Of a stretch of DNA of 32,000 bases, positions 29,201 to 32,000 are shown piece by piece (positions within the stretch are counted from its first letter, which is position 1; each line of letters starts with the position of its first letter). The position numbers and the translations under genes were made by a program. The stretch comes from Planctomycetales bacterium. Its GTDB lineage: Bacteria > 4484-113 > JAFGCY01. Location: NCBI GenBank assembly GCA_022646745.1, contig CP060262.1, positions 600,001 through 632,000 of the forward strand. Reading direction: 5' to 3'. The notes beneath the pieces are model-generated. The model saw nothing but the letters and a program-made list of their open reading frames with translations. It did not search any database and was not told where the DNA came from.

Positions 29201-30780
29201 GGGGTGACGTTGGCGACGTCATAGCGGTAGCCGGCGGCGCCGATGGTCGGGTCGATGTTGGGCTCGACGCTGCCATCAGCGTAGCCCGGGTCGATTGCGT
29301 TGAGCGTGTCCTGGCTCGGGTTGAGGTACTCGAGGATGTTGAGTGCCAGCTCCAGGTCGACGCCCGGCAGGCTGGTCAGCATCTCGACACTGTGGCGCGC
29401 GGCCTCGTTGCCCTGGGAGATGCCGTCGCCATCGGTGTCGCCAAGGTAGAAGTGCTGCACGTTCTCGCCCAGGTCAGGCCAGGAATAGCCGTCCGGGGTC
29501 GGGTCAGGGATGCCGGTGGACGGATCAAGCGTACCGAAGTCGATATCGCCGTCATTGGACAGCGTGCCGGCCGGGATGTTCCAGTTCCAGCGCTGGTTGG
29601 TCAGGCGATCCGGGAACAGCGGGTTGTCAATCCACTTGAAGCCGAGCTCGTTGAGCTGCTCGTTGTAGTTGAAGTCGTTGGTTGCCAGGCCCTCGAGGTT
29701 GTAGTCGACGTCAGCGGCCTCCGGCATCAGCACGCGCACCTTCTTGGCGAAGATGTTCAGGTTGATGCGGCCGGCCTCATCGGTCACGTCGGCATAGCTC
29801 TTGAGCAGGTCAGTCGGCACGGGGCCGCGGTCGAGGTCGGTGAACACGCTCTCGTAGATCGCGATGCGCGAGTTGAGCATGTAGTCACGGATGAGGTTTC
29901 CGTTGTCAAGGCTGCGCTCGACGGCGCTTCCGGCCCCGTTCAGACGGGGCTCGTCAGCATTCGGGAAGCCTCCGTTGCCATGCAGCTGGCCTTCCTTGCC
30001 ATCAAACGGATCGCTGCCGGCATCGTTCAGGTCATAGCCGTCGTCAATACCGTCGGCATCGTCATCAACCGCCACCGCGAGGAAGGGATTGAACAGCCAG
30101 ATGGTCTCACCCGTGTTCGGGCTGGTGCCGTTGTAGCGGTTCGTCGAGGACAGCAGCGAGGGCTGGCCGAGGTAGGTCGGCGAATGCATCTGGCTGAAGC
30201 TGAAGTCGAACTCATAGTTGCGGGGGTTGTCATAGACATCCGTCGGCAGCACGGAACGGTCACCACGGGGACTGGTCCAGTAGTCATCACCCGTTCCGAG
30301 GATGTCATCGAGGCCCGCGGCGCCGACGACACCGCTGTCCGGCACCTGGTCACGGCGGAAGCCGCTGACCGGGTCGAGCACGACGATCGCCGTGGCCGGC
30401 TGGTTGGCCGAGCTGTAGTAGTCCGGCAGGGACTTCTGCTGCACCACGAGTGAGATGGCGTCGTTGAGCGCCTTCTGGCTCGCAAGGTCCAGCTTATGTC
30501 CCTTGATCGCCTCGGCGGTGCTGACCGCTTCCGTGTTGAGGCTGGTCAGGACCAGCGTCACCAGCGGGAGCAGGAGCGCCACGAAGATGATCACGGCCAG
30601 CAGCACGACGCCCCGGTGGCCGCGCTTCACAGCGCGTCCGCGGAGCTGCCCACAAGGGGCGTGCTGAGGGGTGTTTCCGCCATTGGATATTCCAGTCATA
30701 TCAGTTCCAGGGGTGAGGTCAGCCGTGGAAGCACTGCCGCTTTCCGGGGACCCACCAACGAGATTTGTGTAAGTGCGCAT
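20257..30780 (-). CDS. Giant (3,507 aa) GspK/PilX-like minor pseudopilin-type protein carrying PKD-like, IPT/TIG-like and Asp-rich Ca-loop-like modules; candidate pilus tip adhesin
   Basis: A single open frame with GAGG just upstream of the ATG. Hydrophobic N-terminal segment RGVVLLAVIIFVALLLPLVTLV (nt 30541-30612). GspK-type motifs: DEAGRINLNIF (nt 29749-29781), LTSLPGVDLELALNILEYL (29323-29379), SLDQLLNVPGMTRAKFNRLKDYLT (29014-29085) and GRVNINTASEEVLTALF (21628-21678). IPT-like region IDPAIEPDVAANGQAIVIRGFNFDP...FITVQTPGG (~25570-25870). PKD-like regions DFQGDGKIDYS...YNATLTVKDLVSGR (~25290-25565) and three more at ~22040-22950 (e.g. YDGDAVYDD...PGTYSVEVRSTDDSGN). Confidence 0.85.
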   Translation of the reverse strand: MRTYTNLVGGSPESGSASTADLTPGTDMTGISNGGNTPQHAPCGQLRGRAVKRGHRGVVLLAVIIFVALLLPLVTLVLTSLNTEAVSTAEAIKGHKLDLASQKALNDAISLVVQQKSLPDYYSSANQPATAIVVLDPVSGFRRDQVPDSGVVGAAGLDDILGTGDDYWTSPRGDRSVLPTDVYDNPRNYEFDFSFSQMHSPTYLGQPSLLSSTNRYNGTSPNTGETIWLFNPFLAVAVDDDADGIDDGYDLNDAGSDPFDGKEGQLHGNGGFPNADEPRLNGAGSAVERSLDNGNLIRDYMLNSRIAIYESVFTDLDRGPVPTDLLKSYADVTDEAGRINLNIFAKKVRVLMPEAADVDYNLEGLATNDFNYNEQLNELGFKWIDNPLFPDRLTNQRWNWNIPAGTLSNDGDIDFGTLDPSTGIPDPTPDGYSWPDLGENVQHFYLGDTDGDGISQGNEAARHSVEMLTSLPGVDLELALNILEYLNPSQDTLNAIDPGYADGSVEPNIDPTIGAAGYRYDVANVTPPLTALGINLAGGTVGSIFWDFAASDEDDMPLPQPFALSSLDQLLNVPGMTRAKFNRLKDYLTIHSYDTNVIGTYITDVGPDADLVNAYEAGDPFFFGQVRRTVPDDMRDTDNVNDLRYDVTATAGGFSLEDYRDRAEEMYAYIREHLPSTNFRKITLPAVDRTGRSGASDHMTPNDDPRYDPTGGGLLVPHRDSEANPYNVGAFGHQFPTSDEAFTNFAGYPALNPEFSLDSCLSIVLYRNGTPFTADDYTYDWNGVNMASHPASPGIGNLFGGGAFFFIERIFGIFGGGFDFGPNNNPPDGFDFATLANTNNANPVVTPHGPGVFTAANLLNPGTFDSAADLLQVPLYEFSSMSVSLMSDPPSDYRDDTVNPNGIVSYYATFSDVVPVSWYFDNVTGPDGNLGTADDPAQDVVLYMLYFNHANRTGVFPSAGGPYDAGSLSPDTVQIPLTAQQIRSVSPVFPGMTGNVTIQAYDNFNNLDVLGPDFTNNPAFASLLAPLGGVGSLGRNFSYQQVPYPLGGAVTDDGNWRPNEGNAWDTGVAPADWPGWAWTGEGDPYATGRILAYRWDDAANEPEDPELRADDITKVFLQYNTEAAIPFAVNILPVRTGGDTYDIYSSYGGADTTGGGSYLLFDWEYRDTLGPDDDPDDFDGTWPTEQPGQLINNPIQIRVNPEGNTVTLHMYDLRTFVDSSGLPIASGTPALPGNIYAGGRVQTTPSDGGTFPVDYGGGYPPVPTGGYAFDSAVISPIETAAGFQAQLASHEVSVFDNDTSVEVEMSAAGGDLNYNWELRVLDATLGNGVGGPYQGPDGAGPIATFPGLGSPPRPSRVTPPGFDYSAAELVPGTLLVVAGSSSSPEWNTFFDPSGLPNNTEYWLRLRVTENGGATDTVFSKLVKDDESSSSTGTAIPPEMNASITLRELGDSRLGFTASASVDGGRDGYGYYWVVTRPKYNGTGNHVLDSVIPMETVDAAAPIVNLDSLTTGGGAVSTTVQMRSNDASPSFEFSQLDNYDNETGAAGADGIPDAQGVYFVHCFVLDRNNLLPSSGQSFIAHDVAQVTLSNLGTGAGGVPDTSGIARTPMAVLAANPPGNASITAGTNNSAAGGANPPYIGSATIDPAIEPDVAANGQAIVIRGFNFDPVASNNTVHFAGGVSATGAGVTAPSGVDILNIGGSPYGQQELTVRVPDGARTGFITVQTPGGTSDRRYIFQTGFNVTFDLIGSLSVNDAAYLQYDLDFQGDGKIDYSYSSLSNPSGGRQLIGSNLGITHDYAGDGIGNYNATLTVKDLVSGRTAVSHQLVMIHDLANVSGTNLVLASGFIGNIFLAGTPSFTDGAASFISAGVLPGDLVTNLNTGATTSVVSVISQNEVGCGSLSAPQWNIGDAYSISRFVDSNGAYGILADIWPDIDTRGASFNPQPGSGLAFRSAVGGINTALARRKWQIDLNGTSGTRGGEQVTSGNSTSNEPSGTVLRDTNNNFAQAGSRGVSVGDLVLNITDGSTANVLDVVSGSELRLSNPGDPSFGTGLVNGTGVNRTGVVDGNSVNQVIDQLAAPYDFVGDINGPAQGGIMVGDTVLQTRDGVQIGTWTVSSTANSPGILDVVNNTFTGTQTATVNAFTDNGGGNWDITLNRFANNSLIGLVLTNVTDGNSTWTITAFNGGNDLTVQLIAPGAGLGVFNIGDLVSINAVPAEWVVDDIWTVNIPANQFRIGYEYEIFTENGFSGNAWADATFADFNTPIEFHIEMNYPFDLSAAGAAASFIEVDWDNDSVVDDIFFVADTTRGDGTQNGIEVENAVITHSFGAGPELNGAGYTVGRYWVNSFAAGQTGSERYGGGAGFALPVVRVGRDDYDTDLGTLNVAQWNNSRDHKVTMTALYQTFATLTDNPLPGSTNNAVRQYETVDQLYVPRGDSQFATSLTNWVSYSAPFVTSNISGITQMLHQSVHGEGSSFNWLSDANANTLWNNDGSESPQDGNPSSTYEYAVNNGFNNWAEVPLNVRGASFPQAAPNVGRPQPNGIFDYYTARRGVYNGWAWSSDVLPSSQRSFSFDSQAVFVGDRNGSSSPERRALGVDIYIDSIVASNSDPIRFTAFPSGGANEFNSYSYRWFVEYDNGGGFQPVDMDNNAGTSPPVSASISGPILVPYEDIQDEAFWVPADSGAGAWRVWCEVSDGSGVVNSAMKTFTVVEPPHSVHVMATPPSGSTGEFIEFWVSADGGTPGYDLEIDYDGDAVYDDVVTVGDGSIHIFGNVYNTPGTYSVEVRSTDDSGNVATDTTVVRVAESIPLWGDLIVNPPSGVAPFIAQVHYAVSGGRRLADGGYNVNLALLDSSGSSQGSVSRTDADSFGGDGPDDPRLPGGNDEPVTFVVPSAGTYTVQMTVSDNSGGVVTVNDTIFADGYMTPIEYGNTAPRVVTDREGRPMHAVRIWTDPHLTLSDDTTQVFGNKPDSEGRGGRLMEADLQVFGDIVGVDTNQAFRSIGNYASKDPLDVPQWQVSYSQGFFGNANIEDYYDTYTEGRVNINTASEEVLTALFRKIITNRAYDYDVVDDIDNNGVNETYHFVRDQVNDSHMTEAAARVLARKVIRYRTLYYDQNKPTPADADGNFGYTQSANAAAASLNLGNFRVDHLPMIGPFDGTNPHQYGIANRDGALGQANTQMLNTWDNMAGSYYNLDNGDAANMFYSPSDMAVVREPLAINIGIDVDGDGVPEPGFNFNVNESKENYAKYLNDVASNSNWENNRYAGGGGFGTWAATGQYPSDNSGNNYSRWSFDARHYFTYSSGNQGLTVGTDGSFSLGALTGVEDVVDGRNKVGVFESNGVTAGTFIPNPPFQNIFDLYKVIDDSAGNQSFPLTGTLDATITLNGNDRSSGLRRYSGPSAFRYEEYWDAGAGEFVVRTNWLDDIAPFITCRSYVYRVDSSAAITASGGTSSALLDTSTLARDRSKTVILDAGPLANNRGVDQLSDLDASRGLISPARSASYKILWFSDNSE

Positions 30781-30860
30781 AAGCCTCGCAGTTTATTATT
30801 CCCAAGAGCCGGGAATCTACACCATATATATAGAAAATTGAGCCTTCACATCCGTGCAGT

Positions 30861-30895
30861 AAAAGTAAAAATGGCCCGGACATTGCCGGGCCATT
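30861..30895 (-). terminator. Rho-independent terminator after the upstream (right-edge) gene
   Basis: aatggcccgg (30870-30879) pairs perfectly with ccgggccatt (30886-30895) around a 6-nt loop. On the minus strand the stem is followed by TTTTACTTTT (30861-30870). Confidence 0.7.
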
Positions 30896-30908
30896 CCTTC
30901 GCTTCAGG

Positions 30909-32000
30909 TCAGTTCGAGACCGGGTTCTTTTCCTGCAGCTTCTCCGAGGGAGTGCTGGCCCGGATGGTCGCACTCGGATCCAACGGATCGCGGAACAGGG
31001 TTCGCACCGCATCGAACACGTTCTGGTCCACGCGGCGCTCCTGGATCCGGCTGTCACGCGGGCTGGTCATCAGCTCGAGGTAGTACGGATAGGCTCCGCT
31101 CTCAACCAGGGGACTGTTGACCGGGACCGTGCGTGTCATCACCAGGTCCTTGTTGACACCGATGTAGTCAGCCTGCTGGTTGTACAGCGGCTGGGTGCGG
31201 GAGGGATCCGAGAAGGGGATCGGGCTGTCGAGGCGGTAGTACACGGTGCTGCCGGTCTTGCCAGCCTTACCACTCTTGTTGCGGCGCTCCTCGATCACAT
31301 CGTTGGGGGTGGACACCACGGTCACACGCACCGCTCGCATGTAGGGCAGCCACCAGCCGGGCACCGGGTCATCCGGGATGCCGTCGCCGTCCGGGATGCC
31401 GTCCGCATCGCCCAGGTCGCCGACGCCGGTCGGGTTCAGGCTGCGCTGGTAGTAACCGGTACCGTGCAGGCGCTCCATGTCGGGACGCAGCTGCGCGATG
31501 CCACCGTCAATCACTTCACCACCGCTGAGGCTGGTGGTCACATAGGCATAGCGGTCGATCGGCGAGTTGTCATTGCGGCCGTCGCCGTTTGAATCGATGT
31601 TGTCGAACACGGCGCTGTTCCAGCCACTGGTCAGCGTGCCGCCGGTCACCTCACCGAGGCCGACACCGGTCGGCGGGGCAACATGGTCACCGGTCAGCTT
31701 CAGCGGGTCGAAGCCCTCGGGATAGCTGTCCTGCAGTTTCCAGCTGAAGCCGCCATACTGGGCACCGGTATCCGGGTCGACGTAGAATCCGTCAGTGCCG
31801 TTGAAGGCCACGTCGATCTGGCGCATCTCCCAGTGGTCCACCAGGGGCTCCATGCCGACCATCGAATTGTCACGCTCATCATTGGCGGCAATCCAGTTGA
31901 TGCTGCCGTCAAGCAGGCTCTGGTAACAGATCTCGACGTTGCCGCCATTCACGCGGGAAAGGTAGACCGGCACCTCATGCAGGTACTCGTACTTCACACG
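30909..32000 (-). CDS. C-terminal part of a secreted Asp-loop-rich protein, possibly a GspJ/PilW-class minor pseudopilin (N-terminus outside the window)
   Basis: The frame stays open to position 32000; the track start at 31997 is just the first in-window GTG. Ca-loop-like motifs DNIDSNGDGRNDNSPID and GDADGIPDGDGIPDD are present. The block LPYMRAVRVTVVS resembles the conserved strand of GspJ/PilW-type proteins. The gene sits immediately upstream of the GspK-like gene, as gspJ does. The functional call is weak. Confidence 0.6.
   Translation of the reverse strand, partial: RVKYEYLHEVPVYLSRVNGGNVEICYQSLLDGSINWIAANDERDNSMVGMEPLVDHWEMRQIDVAFNGTDGFYVDPDTGAQYGGFSWKLQDSYPEGFDPLKLTGDHVAPPTGVGLGEVTGGTLTSGWNSAVFDNIDSNGDGRNDNSPIDRYAYVTTSLSGGEVIDGGIAQLRPDMERLHGTGYYQRSLNPTGVGDLGDADGIPDGDGIPDDPVPGWWLPYMRAVRVTVVSTPNDVIEERRNKSGKAGKTGSTVYYRLDSPIPFSDPSRTQPLYNQQADYIGVNKDLVMTRTVPVNSPLVESGAYPYYLELMTSPRDSRIQERRVDQNVFDAVRTLFRDPLDPSATIRASTPSEKLQEKNPVSN

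Noticed and set aside
21931-30453. Long plus-strand ORFs inside the giant gene (27934..30453 839 aa; 23605..25455 616 aa; 21931..23412 493 aa; 25756..26688; 26911..27831)
   Set aside because: They are Arg/Ala/Val/Gly/His/Asp-rich, repetitive and lack recognisable domains or start signals. This is typical stop-codon-poor antisense reading of a GC-rich gene, while the minus frame is one uninterrupted 3,507-codon ORF with clear domains.

Overview
High-GC bacterial chromosomal segment (about 57-67% GC by hand count of sample lines). I saw no rRNA, tRNA, CRISPR array, transposase or integrase. I support 19 protein genes, and 18 of them are on the minus strand. In transcription order (right to left) the window holds: the 3' part of an Asp-loop-rich protein that may be a minor pseudopilin; a terminator; a 3,507-aa GspK/PilX-like giant protein filled with PKD- and IPT-type domains; a terminator; and a near-consensus sigma70 promoter. 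That promoter drives a type IV pilus assembly operon in the unusual order PilQ secretin, PilM-PilN fusion, PilO-like, PilP-like lipoprotein, ending in a terminator. Next come an isolated NuoN-type subunit that overlaps by 1 nt an O-antigen-ligase (Wzy_C)/TPR membrane protein, a secreted protein built from four tandem pilin-head-like modules, a 355-aa type IV pilin, and two membrane-anchored single-module paralogues. The left part holds ybaB-recR, a large FN3/beta-propeller lipoprotein, a low-GC plus-strand lipoprotein gene, and a DUF1643 / small protein / DUF3187-like trio that runs off the left edge. The DUF3187-like gene is missing from the ORF track because its stop lies outside the window. 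The main candidate for something undescribed is this non-canonical type IV filament locus. Its oddities are a GspK-like protein whose family motifs are separated by about 2,400 residues of adhesin-type domains, Gly-rich inserts in the secretin, a Cys-repeat PilP-like lipoprotein, and concatenated pilin-head modules. All functional calls come from reading motifs by eye; no database search was run. The long plus-strand ORFs are judged to be antisense artefacts of high GC content.
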